Positions 28,901 through 43,900 of a stretch of DNA of 64,000 bases are shown piece after piece. Position numbers and translations under genes: made by a program. The stretch is taken from contig JBNZDD010013726.1 of assembly GCA_050575255.1 (NCBI GenBank), positions 1,900,409-1,964,408 on the forward strand, written 5' to 3'. Positions within the stretch are counted from its first letter, which is position 1; each line of letters opens with the position of its first letter. The stretch is from Harriotta raleighana (Eukaryota). The notes under the pieces are model-generated. The model saw only the letters and a program-made list of their open reading frames with translations, ran no database searches and had not been told where the DNA came from.

Positions 28901-31900
28901 AAGGTAGGGCTTCCTTCAAACCACATGTTTGGGATTTGATGTGTTCTTATTAATCATTGAATATGAGCAGAAATAAGAGTTTCAGTAAATATTCTTTATT
29001 TAAATCAAGGGGGACATTTACATTCTTGCTGCGTTGGATCGGGAGAAGAAAGATCACTATACACTCACTGCTGTTGCTAAAGACAATCCAGGGGGTACTC
29101 CCAGCAAACGGAGAGAAAACTCTGTGCAGGTAATATAACTCTTCACTATCCATTGCTTTTAGTTCTTTCCAGAGTACATGCTTGCTTGAGAGGGGATTTT
29201 TCTTCCAATTACTGTCAAAAATATGCTGCCAATGCATTATAAAACCAAGTTTTTCAATGTCCCACGACACATTTGGTTGGCAGATCTTTTCTAACCACTT
29301 GGAATATAACTGCCCTGCTTCAAACACTATATTCCTTTTCAGTAAAACGACTCAAAACACACAGCAAAGAAAAGAAAACATGTTTAAGATCACAATTTAC
29401 ATCAGTGGTTGACCTTTGCTCTCCTGGTTTTTGATACAACCTCAGCCTTTAGTTGGATTATCGTGTAATTCACTGCAGAATATTTAGTATCCTCTTGATA
29501 ATGTTAGCATATGAAACAATGAACCAATGGAAAAATAACCTTTCAGAGCTGCCTCTATTGTTTTTTGTGTGTAATGTGGAATGATATGAACAATATAAAT
29601 ATATATTAGATATACACACATATATATCAAATATCCCACGTGGTGTTGGAAGACCAAGAAAGTTAAAGTGGATACTTTTAAGAAAAGAGAAGATCACAGA
29701 CAAAATCTTGTTCTAATTCCACACAGAATTATTGACTTGATCTGTTATGTTGCTATTTGTTGCCATAGGTGCTGGTAATTGTCCTAGATGTCAATGACTA
29801 CCGACCGCAGTTCTCTAAGCCCGTCTTTAGCACCAGTGTGTATGAGAATGAGCCAGGAGGTGCGTCTGTCATAACGATGACTGCTAGAGATCTGGACGAG
29901 GGAGAAAATGCAGTACTTCAATTCAGCATTGAAGGGCCTGGAGCAGGTAAAAGCTGTACATTTCCTTTTATGGGTAAAATGTTCACTCATAATATTTTTT
30001 TCCCTTTCTGTTAACTTAATAAAAGTCATCGACTCTTCATGTTTTCCTCGTCACCGGGTCATCGATTGAACAAAGACCAAGCTCCTGAACCTCTGCCAGG
30101 CTGTCATCTGCCAGTTTTACTCAAAAATTTACCTGATGGTTTGTTCCATTCCCACCTCCATGTCCTTGTGGAGCCTTTATCATCTGCTCAAGGTCTCAAG
30201 ATAAAAAAAACTGTAGCTCTTTAGCACAATTGGGGAGACTGGCCAACTTGAAGGAGTCTTCAACACACACTTGCAGTCTGTTCTGAAAATGAATTGAATT
30301 GAATCTCACCGATGATTTCACATTGCCACCTCGATGTAAATTCCCCTGGTAACAGAAAAAATAAGTATTCTGCATTATTATTATCATCATTTAATGTTAG
30401 CATCATTATTAGCTGCATACTTGTCTGTTGTAACCAAAAAAATAAGAGCTGCAAAAGAACTTTATTGAGAAGAAATCATACAATATTGGCTTTAGTGTTG
30501 GCTGGCATAGGAAATGGAGCAAAATACCATTTTGTCCTGGTACTGGCATCTGTCACCTTGGATGAACTCCCCAAAAATGATCATTTTCTTTTCAAATTAA
30601 TTTTGTTTTGTCTTCTTTTCAGATGCATTTAAAATGGACAGAGACACAGGGTTGATCACAACCAGTCGGTTGCTGCAGTCCCACGAGATGTTTAATTTGA
30701 CGGTCGTGGCCACCGATAACGGAAGGCCCCCTCTCTGGGGCACAACCCTATTGATAGTTGATGTGATCGATGTTAATGATAACCGCCCACTGTTTATCAG
30801 ACCCCCCAATGGCACCATATTGCACATCATGGAGGTAATAAACTTCAAATGAGCCAAGTCTTTATTTCTTGTTGTTGCTGTTTCTGTTCTTCTAGCCAGT
30901 TTCCTGCAAGTTCTTTTAAAAGACTGGTTAAAAAAAAAAAGAGGTTTCAAAGGCAAAACTGAATTCAATAAATTCTGCGCACTCTGAAATGCAACTTTAA
31001 TAGGGTAAATGTAGAGCTAGATTATTACTCAAGGCTGAGATAATTCAATCCATGTGTCTGCGTTTGTGCCATCTACTCCACTGGGACTAATTCCTTTTCA
31101 AAACATCTTTTAGACTTCTGTAAGATCCCTTCTTACCTTTCTCAGTTTCTGTGAAATACTAAAAAAAAATTTAACTCTTTCCTACCTATGACAATGACCC
31201 TCATCTCTAGATCTCTAGTATTCAGATGGTTTAGTAGTTTCATAGTTTCTAACACAAGAAATCCCATATCCTCTGATTTTGGACATTCTTTGATTATATC
31301 TATTTGGGTATGTTTTTGTGACAGGAGCATTCTAGGAGCTTGAACAATTGCTACAGTTAAGATCATTATATCATCCTTTTGTGTTTTCTAGGAGAGGAAT
31401 CCAGGTTTCAGGGTATATGAAGTGCTCGCAGTGGACAGTGATGAAGGCTTGAATGGAGCTGTCCGCTATAGCTTTTTGAAAACCGGAGTCAACAAAGACT
31501 GGGAATATTTTAATATTGATTCTCTCAGTGGAATTATCAACACCACGATCAGGTTGGACAGGGAAAAGCAGCCTGTTTATAATGTAAGTGAGAAATGAAG
31601 TACAGTATATAATAGAGAGGAAAATAATTACAATATGGCATTCATGTGCTCAAATCCACTTGTCTCATTAATGTTGTAGAACCAGTTAAGCGCTCCGGGA
31701 CTCTACTCCGAGTGAAGGGCTCCATATAAATGAAAGATGTTATTAAGGACTTTGTGATATGTTTACAACAAGGCACTTTGTATTGTCCACAAAATATACA
31801 GTCAATTCACTTTACAGTATATTCTGTGAAGCACTTTGAGACGTCTAGAAGACGTGATGTGGCACTGTATCACCTGCAAGGATTATTAAGGATTGTTACT

Positions 31901-34900
31901 CGCAAATGCAAGAATTAATATTGTTTAAAACTATGCCTTACTAGTGTGCTTATTGTGGGATGAGCACTTGATAGAGTTTAGACGCAAGTTGCAGATTCAG
32001 CGAGATCCTGCCTATTAAATGTAAGGAATATTATTCTTATCATCTTTATGTTGACAATTGACTATTTTCCAGCTCATTCTCTTGGCCTATGACCTGGGAC
32101 ACCCTGTCCCCTACGAGACGACCCAGCTTCTACAAGTGGCCTTGGATGACATTGACGACAATGAACCCAGATTTCTGAAACCACCCGTAAGAACCTTGCA
32201 ACAAATGCATGCATGAGTCCGTGTTTCGAAACAGAATTGTTCTGTACTGTTGGCAGCAATCTGATAACCCACAAGTCGTTCGTCCTTTAGCACGGGAACT
32301 CGCGGGGAGGGAGCTGGCAGACTACGTACAGTGAAACCGGCTATTGTGCCCCGTCACAGTTGATGGATCCCAACCACCTCATTATAAAGAGGCTTCACTG
32401 TAATTTTAACAAACATAAACTATTCACTAACATCTTACAGTTTAATTTTTCCATCTTGGTTGTACTGTAGCATGTTGCTTTAGCTTCTCGAAATATAAAT
32501 GAATGGAGACCTTCAAGGCAGATGTTGCTCCTTAATACACAGCTTGGACACACTCACAAGGTCAACTCAAGTTCCAATTAGATAGTTAATATTCCATGTT
32601 ACACTTCACCAGAGTTGGAACTCCACACTATCATTTTGTGCTCATGACATAAGGAGGTCAAAGCACCTTCCAGTTTTATTATGTTGGACAATAACAACAA
32701 CAACTTCGATTTATATAGCGCCCTCCACGCCGGACGGTGTCTCAGAGCGCTTAAATACACCTAATAAGAGGGAGTTTCTCCTAGTGACTTGGTGAACAAC
32801 CCCCCAAATAAAATTGGTTATTCACTTCGTGGTTATTTGTGGATTATTGCTGTGCACAAAATCGGCTGCTAAGTTTGCCCCCAAAAAACACAGGACTACT
32901 TTACAGTAAATCCTGTGAAGCCCTTTGCAATGTCTTTCCAACATGAAAGGCACTATATCAAATGTAAGTATTTATTATAATATTTAACTAGCGGAAGATC
33001 AAACCTCAATCCCATCATTTGTGATATTCAAAGTCTCAAGGCACAAAACTAATCTTCCTGTTCACCATTATGCCTACTAATAAACCAGACTCTGTAAAAA
33101 ATACTGTAAGAACAAATAAATGAGTTTTGTCATGAACATATACAGCAAGGGAAATTTTTGCTTTCAAGAAGACTGAAGTATGCTGGAGCTTGGAGTATAT
33201 TGTTGAACAGTGTTTGCTTTCTGTGTGATTAACTCTATACTTTATTTGTGTTTTATCAGAGAGGAAGTTACCATTACCAGCTACTCTCTGTGTATGAGCA
33301 TTCCCAGACTGGAGTGATTGTGGGGAATGTAACAGGGGCTGTAGACGCTGATGAGGGCCCCAATGCTGTGGTGTATTACTTTATAGCAGGTGAGAGACAG
33401 AGGTCCCATGAAACATCATGGTGATGTCTTGGCATTTACACTTACACTATGAAGGCTAATGTGTGTTGTCCTCTGTGTTAGGAATAGTCTTTCTGAATAA
33501 TTTTGAACATCAGTCTGAAAATTCTAATCATTCAAATTCAGCAATTGGGTTGGGGCAGAGGGATTAAAATTCTATTCGAACACCACTGAGCTGGATATCT
33601 GAACAAATATACTTTATCCACTGCACTGCAACTTAGTGAATTACAAGAGAAGTTAACATCCTTTATTTAGAATGAAATAACTAGAAAAATTTAAAGTTTT
33701 CAAAAATTAAAGTTGTACCAATGGTTTAAGCCGCAATAGTTTTGTTTAAAAAACTATGATTTAATCAATAGAAAATTCACCATATCTAACTAGTAGGGGA
33801 GCTCATTCGACTCTTCTCTGATGTAGTTGGCGATCCAGGCCATAACTTCCAGCTAAATAGGAATGGACTCCTTAAGGTTCTGAAGGATCTGGACCGGGAG
33901 ACAAATCCATATTATTCAGTTATTGTCAAAGCTTCCAGCAATCGCAACTGGAGCCCAGCTAAGATTGCAAGACGGAACCGAATCTTCAACCCCAGCACTG
34001 ATCTCACCCTCCAGGAAGTCCGAATCTACCTAGAAGACATCAATGACCAGCCACCCCGGTTCTTGAAGCCAGAGTACACTGCTGGTGAGTACAGCGATTT
34101 CAGGTGGTTCATGTTCATCAAAGGTAGAACAATAAAACAACAATAAAAATTTAAGTTTTCACGTGACATCAGCAGTTTGGGGGCAACTTCTGTACTTTCC
34201 AGAAAGCAGAGATATGCAAGCCCGAGTTTCCCCTCCCCACTGGCATCCATTCCCACTGTTAACCAGGCCATTTGTGAAGACCCTGTGAAGAGGTCAGAGA
34301 GTTTTGAAGGTCTGTTCATTTGAATAATGTCTGGGTGATGTGATCCATTGACATGATATCAGGAGAGTAGATAAAATGAAATGAGTTGGTCTATTTGTCC
34401 CGATGTGAAAGATTTGGTGACACAATTAACAATGGAAAGAAGCCCTCATGGATGCTGTACTACACTATTTGCACCAAAATGAATGGAAACCTTTTCGTGG
34501 TGAAGACAAAAGCATTCAAACCGCAAAGCTGCAAAGTTAAATGAAGCTGTTCATTGATACCTCATGTGTACACTTTATTCCAAGTCTTTATTGGACAATG
34601 ACTGCTGTGCTTTGGAGCTGTGTCGGGGCCAAATTTTTTAGTTTAACCAAAATAAACAATTATGATAGATTCAACTGAGTTCCAAACCATAGTTTTCTTC
34701 ACTTTATTGTCAGGGTGGGTTAATGTCTTCTTCCTGCCTCTAGGTGTTGCTGCTGATGCAAAAGTAGGTTCTGAACTAATTAAAGTGGATGCTTATGACG
34801 CTGACATTGGAAACAACAGCATTGTCTACTATCAAATTCTTAACATCCACTACATCAAGCTGCAATCCAACAATTCGGAAGAAGTTGGAAATGTCTTCAT

Positions 34901-37900
34901 AATTGGTAGGATGTTGCCAATGAATCTATGCAGTAAAGCAGGATTGGATGGTTAAAGCTGTTGGGATCTGATTACTCTGAAAGCAATACAATTGCAATGT
35001 CTGTAACAGACATTGGTTTATTTAATATCAGATGGTTCCTCAATCCTGCTGTCCCATCATTGTGAAGCACTTTGAGTAACTTGTGCGAAAAGTTTATACA
35101 TTGCAATGGCAATCTGTTGCTGTAGTAATTACACAACAGTATCTGTTGGACTATTTCTGAGAATGTATTACAATTTGATATGTTGGCTGTTTCTACATTT
35201 CAGGGGAGCACAGTGGCATTGTGAGAACCTTTGACCTATTCACAGCTTACAGCCCTGGATACTTTGTGGTAGAAATCATGGTCTCAGATCTGGCTGGTCA
35301 CAATGACACAGCGGTGATTGGAATCTACATTCTGAGAGATGACCAGCGGGTCAAGATAGTCATCAATGAGATCCCTGAGAGAGTGCGAGAGTTTGGAGAT
35401 CAATTCATCAAACTGCTTTCTAACATCACTGGAGCCATAGTAAACACCGATGATATTCAGGTAGTCAACCCTTTGCTACCCAGTTGGATATGAGTATCTC
35501 ACTGTGTCAAGAGCTGTCTCTTGAAGTGGGAGATGCATGACTAATTACTTCTGTCAGGTAATGTTTGTGGCTGAATATTACCAGATTCCCATTATTATAT
35601 AGCAGCCAGTGGCTACTTAATTGTCATAATTTGAAAAGGAAAGTTATGAAGGGAGTGGAGTTTACTGGGAATTCCCACTATTAACCAGGTCATTGGTGGA
35701 GTCCCTGTGAAGAGGTCAGAGAGTTTTGTAGGTCTTACATTTGAATAATGTCTGAGTGATGTGATCCTTTGATATCATATCAGGAGAGTAGGCAAAATGA
35801 AATGAGCTGGTCTATTTGTCTTGAAGTGAAAGATTTGGTGACACAATTAACAATGAAAAAAAGCCCTCACAGGAGGTTGTACTACAATATATACACCAAA
35901 GTAAAGGGTAAAGTTTATGTCGTGCATAATTAGATCCCGATCACCTCAAAACTCTTTCGATTCTTGATATTATTAGCAAAAATAGCTTTTTTCCCTTATA
36001 ATGCAGAATTGTGGATTCTCAATGTCGACTATGCTTTGTAACTTAGAAAACTTGGTGTAAAAGAGCACTGGGCATTTAATACTGCTCCAGTGTAATCAGA
36101 TGAGAAACTGGATTATACTCTAGCCTAAAATATTAGCCAACAACCAGTGGCAGAAAGGGCAATTTAGTTTGTCTCACAATGAGCAAGCACTAGTGTTTGT
36201 GCCAGCATCGTGATCGACACCTGCACAGATACATAAATGTTTCTTAACTTTATTATCGACTAAAAGCATTAATGCTCCACCCATTTCCTTACAGTTTCAT
36301 GTTGATAAAAAAGGCCGGGTGAATTTTGCACAGACAAATGTTCTAATCCACGTAGTGAACCGAGAGACAAATCAAATATTGGACGTAGAGCGGTGAGTGA
36401 GCTGGTTTATTTTAGCTACTCGTTGTTTGTAGAAATGGCTGTGAAACTACGCATTTGTAGCAATAATTTCTTCCATACGCATTATTACAATGCAGAAGCC
36501 CTATATTTTGCAAAACCTTCAGAACAAGTTGCAATTTTGATTATCTGGATAGATCTATTCCACTTGGAGAAGTGAACAATTCAGCTGTTTTCCAAGCAAA
36601 ATAAATACGATGTGTTGTGATACTTTTATCCCTCTTAGAATTAATCAGCAATGAACGAGAAGCCTTTGATCCTCACAAGAGGTGATTAACGGCTGACATA
36701 AAAGAAAATAACAAAGATTGCTAACCATAATTGTGATCTATTTTAGTTTGGAAACACTTTTGGATTCATAACACACATTGAGGATTGTAAAGTAATAGGG
36801 AACAGAATTACTTTATGGTAAATGTGTTAGTGGTTTATAAATCATTGAAGGCATTTATAGGAATAATGCTGTCCATAGATTGATTAACATGTTGAGAAGA
36901 TCCATATTTCCAAAATAGTAAACACTGAATTGGTGAGGAAACACTGTGTCTTTATTCATTCACTGCACTGTACTTGTAAAGAGAGCTATTGAAGTCCTTA
37001 AGCAGAGAATAAAAGGGATGGTTGAAGTCTGCCTGATCCAACGTCTGAAAGTGAAGGTTTCATTTCTTGTTCTGATGATGGAAAAAATAGATTGAGAGCA
37101 GCCCAAGTCTTAAACAAAACCTGAAGAAAATTGCTAATGTGATTGAAAAGAGGTACTTTCTGCAGAACAAGGAAATGAAAACCAGCTGTGAGATTATAGC
37201 TAGGGAAACTACAATTGACCTCAATGAGTGCATCTTCATACTTCAATGACTGTGGGATAGGCTGCCACCTAGTGCAGAGTGTACTGTAAGGAAAGATATG
37301 GAGTAAGATGAAACTTTCTATTATTTCTTACTTTGTATGTTGAGCTAAAACACAACAGGGTAAAAATTAGGGTATTTGCTATTGTATTTGTGGCAATAAT
37401 TATGACATTGTTAGTTTCATAAAAATAATAATATTCCTTGCATTTGATATAGCGCTTTTCACATCTTATCCATGTCTCAAAGCGCTTCACAGAATATACT
37501 GTAAAGTGAATTGACTGTATATTTGTGGACGAAATGCAGCAGTCAATTGCACACAGCAGTGTCTCGCAAACAGCCGTGGTTTGAAATGACCAGTCTTTAT
37601 TAAAGCTACAAAAACACTTAATATATATTACAAATTGTAGGACATAAATTTACAGTATTGCATCAGATTATAAATTCCAGAAGCAATTTCAATTACAATA
37701 AACCAGGTAGACTCATTTACAATGTTTGCAAAACAGATAATTATGATTTGCAGAGAGTAAAAAAAGGAGAAATGTTTTTACTTCGCATCAAAAGGAGGAC
37801 ATTGTGGATCCCAATTTTTGCAGGAACTCTTAACTTTAAGCAGAGCGATGCCTATCCCACCATTACTATCCTTGTGACTTCTCTTCAGTTTGACCTCTGA

Positions 37901-40900
37901 TTTTTGCATGTAGTGATCCGTGAGTAGCAATATCAACTCCTTAGCTGAAAATACCAATTCCTACCTTCCGTCTGGAATGGCAATTTTTGCCCTTTAGTGT
38001 TTGTCCCAATAGCTATCCATCATTTAGTTTTACGTTAGCCAATGTCAGGATTATTTTAGTCAATTTTCTTCCCTCCACCTTTTCCACCACCCCTCCTGAA
38101 AGCATATATCTGCCATGCACACTAATGTCAGCTAATGCTTGTCCTGTAAGGGATACATAAGCCAAATGAGGATTTAATGTGAAGATCTAAATTAATAATA
38201 ATACTTGCATTTGAAGTAGCACTTGCCACATCTGCTAGACATCTCACAGCACTTTACAAAATATACTGTAAAGTGAATTGACTGTATATGGGCAAAACAT
38301 GGCAGCCAATTGCGCACAGCAGTGTCCCACAAACAGTTGTGGATTGAAATTAACAAAACATTTTTTGAGGATTTCTTACATTGGTTTGAAAGTAAACAAA
38401 ATTATATACAGTATTATGAAGCCATTAAAGGCTAAAATTGTATATTATTAAAGCCTCCTCGTCGACCTTCCTGGCTCTTCCCTTCACAAGCTGCAGATCA
38501 TCCAGAACTCTGCAGCTCGTGTCCTTACCCGCACCAAGCTCCGCAATTACATCACTCCCACCCTCGCCCAGAGGATCAAATTCAAGATCCTCTACCTTAC
38601 TTTCATCTCTCTGTCCTGCTATCCCCCTATGAACCTATTCAGTGGGCTCAGTCCACGTTGTTGTTCTGTGCTGTAATATGTAGGTAAAGCAAAGTGATCT
38701 TGTAGCTGGAGGAATGATAGAGGGTTTTAACTATGAGAGCACAGGAGATTTTGAAAACATTATTAAAATTAAGTAAAACAATGGTACATGAGCTTGAGTT
38801 GCCAAAACTGAAAAAAATCACTGTGTAAGCAAGACAATATGTAAAACACCGTCCGTCGATTACTTTACGATTCCTAATGATCTTCCCTTTTATTTCCGTA
38901 GTGTGATCCAGATGATTGATGAAAACAAGGAGCAGCTAAGGAATCTCTTCAGAAATTATAATGTCCTTGATGTTCAGCCAGCTGTTACTGTGCAACCAGC
39001 TGATGATATGACTGCTTTACAGGTAATATTTTGTTTATCTGCTTTTAGAATCATAACATGCTTGGCCACAAGTGCAAATGCCACGAATGGAGTGCTGGTG
39101 AAACTCCTCTCATTGTTAGGAACTTAGTGAGTTTTGATCATGTCAAATTCACTTGTTAAGGAGTGGTTATACGGGAGGATTTGCTGCCTGGAAGGATTGC
39201 ATTAATTATGACTTCTGGTTTGTGAACCTCAGTGTGAAAGCTTTGCACAAAATTTGCAAAATGGACAAATTGGGAAACCCCAGATAGAAAAACGCAAGAG
39301 CCAGCGCACAAATTGTTCTCTTGTTTTCATTGCGGTTCTGCTCACCAGCTGGGCATTAACATTTCACAATTGTAGAAATCTTGCGGAACAATATTTTCGT
39401 GTCACATATTATGCAATCATTTTAGGATTGTGAGCATCACATTGTCAAATTTACTGTTATATCTTTCCATACTTCTCCACTGTTTTCACTCCACATTCAC
39501 TGTCCTCACTTTCAAGGCCATTCACGGCCTTGCCCCCGACTATCTCTCCGACCTACTGTCTCGCTATCAGCCTGCTCATCCACTCCGTTCAGTGGGTTCT
39601 GGCCTGCTCCATGTGCTCTGTCCAAACCGCCCTACCATCGGTGGCCGGGCTTTTAACCTCTCTGTCTCCACACTCTGGAACTCCATCCTGCAATCCCTTC
39701 GCCCCGCTACCTCCTTTAAAGCCGTTCTCAAGACCTTCCTCTTCAACCGTGCCTTCTGCTCCCCTCCTAATTCTTCCCCCTCTCCTACTCTCCTTTATTT
39801 CTTTGCTGGAGTGTAAGCTACAGTAAAACCTTGTTTATCCGTGACTCGATGAACCGGAAAACCTGTTCAACCGCCATCTCAAAAAAGTCCTGATTCGATG
39901 TTATCTGAAGTTATTTGGCAAATAGTGATGACGCGTTTAAGGAATCGACTGCGAGTACTGGTGCAGATACTCGCAGCCGACCGTGAGTCGGGTCTAAATT
40001 CACTCCTGCTCTTTTAAAAGTCACATTTTTTTTACCTCCATCGGGTGTGGGCTGCAATTGCGAAGTTAAGTATAAATAATAAAGTATTAATATAATATTC
40101 TGTTACTATTTAGTCTATTATTAATATGGTATGTGTTAAAATAATTTTTTGTTTTTTTAAAAAATCATTCAACCGGAAAACCGTTTAACCGCCACTGGCC
40201 AGGTCCCGTGGGTGCCGGATAAACAGGCTTCTACTGTATTTGCATTTTTCTCAATGGTCCTTTGATCCAATCGACCTGACAAAAGGGGACAATGAGAAAG
40301 GGATCAGGTCATTCATCTTTCTGCAATCCCCATCAGTGATCCTAGTTGATGTGCATCAGCAAACTTGTCAGCCCATAACCTACAAACATTAACCTACAAA
40401 TAATGTATAGTGCAGAAACGGACCCCACAGCCCAATCAGTGCATGCCAGTATTTATACTCTTCCTTCCTTACTCCCTCATCTTTCTATTCCTCATGTGAA
40501 GGTTTACCTTACTCTTAAATCATCTATATTGTCTGATTAAACTATCGTTTCAGGCAGTGAATTCAACAATCTCATTACCCTCTGTGGAAAGTAACCTACT
40601 TCATTCAGGATGATGACATTGTTGCCTCTTTATGATAGTTGTTGGGCACTGGCACAATGTGTAATACTGCTGTACATGTTTAACTAAGACAGACTCCTGC
40701 TTTATTCCACAACAAAGTCCAATTTTTACGGGTTGGGTGGGTGTTTTGGAAGGATGAGAACATCTGTTCCTCTCTTTTGTTGTGGGAAATTAAACCTCCA
40801 AATTGGAAAGCACATGTGGTGAATGTAAAGGAAAATTGCTTGAGAGTTGCAAATCGTTTTCAACACTGAAAAGATTTTGAAAATTCATGTTTTTGAAATA

Positions 40901-43900
40901 TTTTTACCATTTCCTTTGCAGATGGCAATAATTATACTTGCAGTACTACTGGTCCTGGCTGCTTTGTTGTTTGTCTTTATGAACTGGTATTACAGAACAG
41001 TGTAAGTATCTTGATCTGTATTTACAATGTACAGCACTACACTTTTTAATTAATATGTGCCTCACTCAGGTGGCGGAATAAATCTCATTTAGAATGATTA
41101 AAAATATTTAACAAGTGCAGAACAATACCATCTTTACTGAAATTTGTTTGGGAACTTTTTTGGGTGGAGCTTTTGAATACACATCATCTTGTGTCGCTGG
41201 ACAATTTGCCTGGGAAAGGAAAAACTAGTGTCGTATGTCAAATACTACGTAGAGTAAATGCCCTGCTGCGAATGGGATGTAGTTTCCAGCTGGCGACAAA
41301 GCAGAGTCCTCAGATAGGCAGATGTGCTCCATCTACTCCCAGAGGTGGGTAATGCTGCCTCTTGAGTGTAGTCTGACAGAGCTGAGGCGAAATCAGTGAT
41401 TCCCTCTAACATTCTTTCCTTCACTGTCATCAGGCACAAAAGGAAGTTAAAAGCCATTGTGGCAGGATCGACAGGTAAGTAATTGATTCACTTTGTCGCA
41501 GATGTTGAAGCTCATTGGTCATCATTGCATCTTTACATTTAGCTTCCTTGTTTTCATATCGTTCTAATTTGAACTTGCCCAGAACGGAGCATTCTGGATG
41601 TGTATGATACTATTTTTCTGACAAATAATAACTGAAAATCTTTTAAAGTATATGACCTGTACTGCCATTACTGGGTACTTTCACATTAAAAATGTTTTTT
41701 TTTAAAGTATCGACTAATTAACTACTGTAGAAACAGAACCAAGTTATATTTCACTCTTTGCACTTGTGTTGGCTTGCTCATTTCCAGAAAGATTTTTATC
41801 TCATAGAGGCTATGAGTCTTCAGCAGACAAGATTTTTATTTTTCATATATATACAAACAAAAAATATCTAATAAGTCTTCAAGAATGATGATAGCTTTCT
41901 TTGTTTTTAGATGATAGGGTAGCTTCACAACTTTTTGGTCACCCTCCTTTTTCGCTTCAGCACAGCTTTGATGTGTCATAGACCAGTCTGTATTGACAGC
42001 CTCACTAACCAATTACCAACCATTTGTAGTGTGGAAGGAAGAAAGCCTTTAAACCCGAAGTATTTATGCTTTTGTTTAGGTAATCAAGGATTTATGGATA
42101 TTTTGGACATGCCAAACACGAACAAGTATTCGTTTGAAGGGTGAGTGGGCTTACATACAGGAGAGAGGGAGATGAGTTACATTTGTAACCCTTCTACTTC
42201 AGCAGAGTATCAACTAATGCATTTATGATAATATTAATAATCCTTGCAAGATATAAAGCACATGAACAGATAGTTATGCATGTTTCTCCCATTAAAGAAT
42301 CTATGCTGCATGCAAAAAACCGAATTTGAATAGTCAAATAAAGCAATTTGATTATTAAATGAGTACAGCTTGCATTCATATTGAACGCTTTATGCATAAC
42401 ATTTTGGAGCGCTGTGTATTAAAAGCCTGAGATTTTGTATCAAACCTAGACCCAAGAAAAGCAGTTTGTTTATTGAGTGAACATTAATAATTACTTTAAC
42501 ATCTGCTCTGTCTAAGGTGCACTTTGGAAAGATGTAAGGAAAATGCAAAATAGTTGTAAAGACACTTAGAACAAAGTGCAAGAAAATAAAGAATGTAAAT
42601 CTGATCCCTTCAGTAAGTGATGCAAGCACTTCTCATGCTATTGAATTGTCGCAGGGCGAATCCGGTCTGGCTTGACCCATTCTGCAGAAACCTGGAGCTG
42701 GCAGCTCAGGCTGAGCATGAAGATGACCTGCCCGAGAACCTCAGTGATATCACTGATCTATGGAACAGCCCAGCCAGAACCCATGTAAGTTATCGATTCT
42801 ACATTGTTGCTCGGGGTGTCATTGCTTTAATTTAAAAGCTGTTTTCTCACAGCCCTTAAAAAATTTGGCCTGAATTTTAGAATTTTCCAGAATGCTGCCA
42901 GTTTTCAATCTTAAGCCTTCATCCGAAGCCCAAGTGATATTTCAGGCCTCAAGGATTCCAAATTGGTCACTTTCTTTCTTAATGGGGGGGAATTTCCAAT
43001 TTGTATGAATCCCATTATTGTTTCAGCCTAGGAAACTAAATATTTCTGAGAACTAAGGTTTTCAGCAGATTGATATTTCTTGTGAAGCATTAAAACTGTG
43101 ACTGTTGCTTTAAAGGGTACATTTGGACGGGAGCCAGTTACATCTAAGCCAGAGGATGATCGATACTTGCGTGCAGCCATACAAGAGTATGACAGTATCA
43201 CAAAACTGGGGCAAATCATGAGGGAAGGCCCAATTAAGGTATGTCTACTCACTTTTGTATATAGTCCTTACCTTGATGGGAGATTGACATTCTAAGCAGA
43301 ACGTCCTACATCTAGATCAGGACGTGAGGAAAGATAAATTGAAACTAGAAAATTCAAAAACATCAAAACTGCAAAACTGCAAAACAGTTGTGAAAGGGGA
43401 AACATCAGCCTAATATGCTAACTGCATCTATCGGTCAATTATGCAAGTGCATAAGACATGAATGATTTCAGATAGAACTAAATTGTTTAAAAGTAGAGGT
43501 TTAGGAAACTTTAGTGCTATAAAATCTATTCCATTTTCTTTAGATTATTGAAATAAACTTGAGTCTGTTTTATGCCCCTAGTGAGCTATGCAAATTGGCA
43601 TTCCCCTTTGGCTTCTCACTGGTAATTAGTCTCTATAACCATTCTATTGCCTTTCAAACCGAGAACTATTGGGTGACCCACAGAGATTCATTCTGTGAAC
43701 TTTACATATGGTCCAAAAAGGATTCAGCGGGTATTAAACCTGTGCTTGGATGCTCTTCTTCCAAACTTCAGATACACTATTATTGACATGAATATTGTGA
43801 AAAGGAATCAAATAACATTTCAGTAACAGGCATTAGTTATACTGTAACATTTATTTTATGATAATAATGCAAATAAATAAAATGCAAAAAGATTATAATC

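Larger units (their letters stand above)
34249..35900 (+). repeat. Diverged ~230-bp direct duplication (34249-34478 and 35671-35900)
   Basis: Shared blocks such as CCCTGTGAAGAGGTCAGAGAGTTTTG and GTGAAAGATTTGGTGACACAATTAACAATG. Confidence 0.85.
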
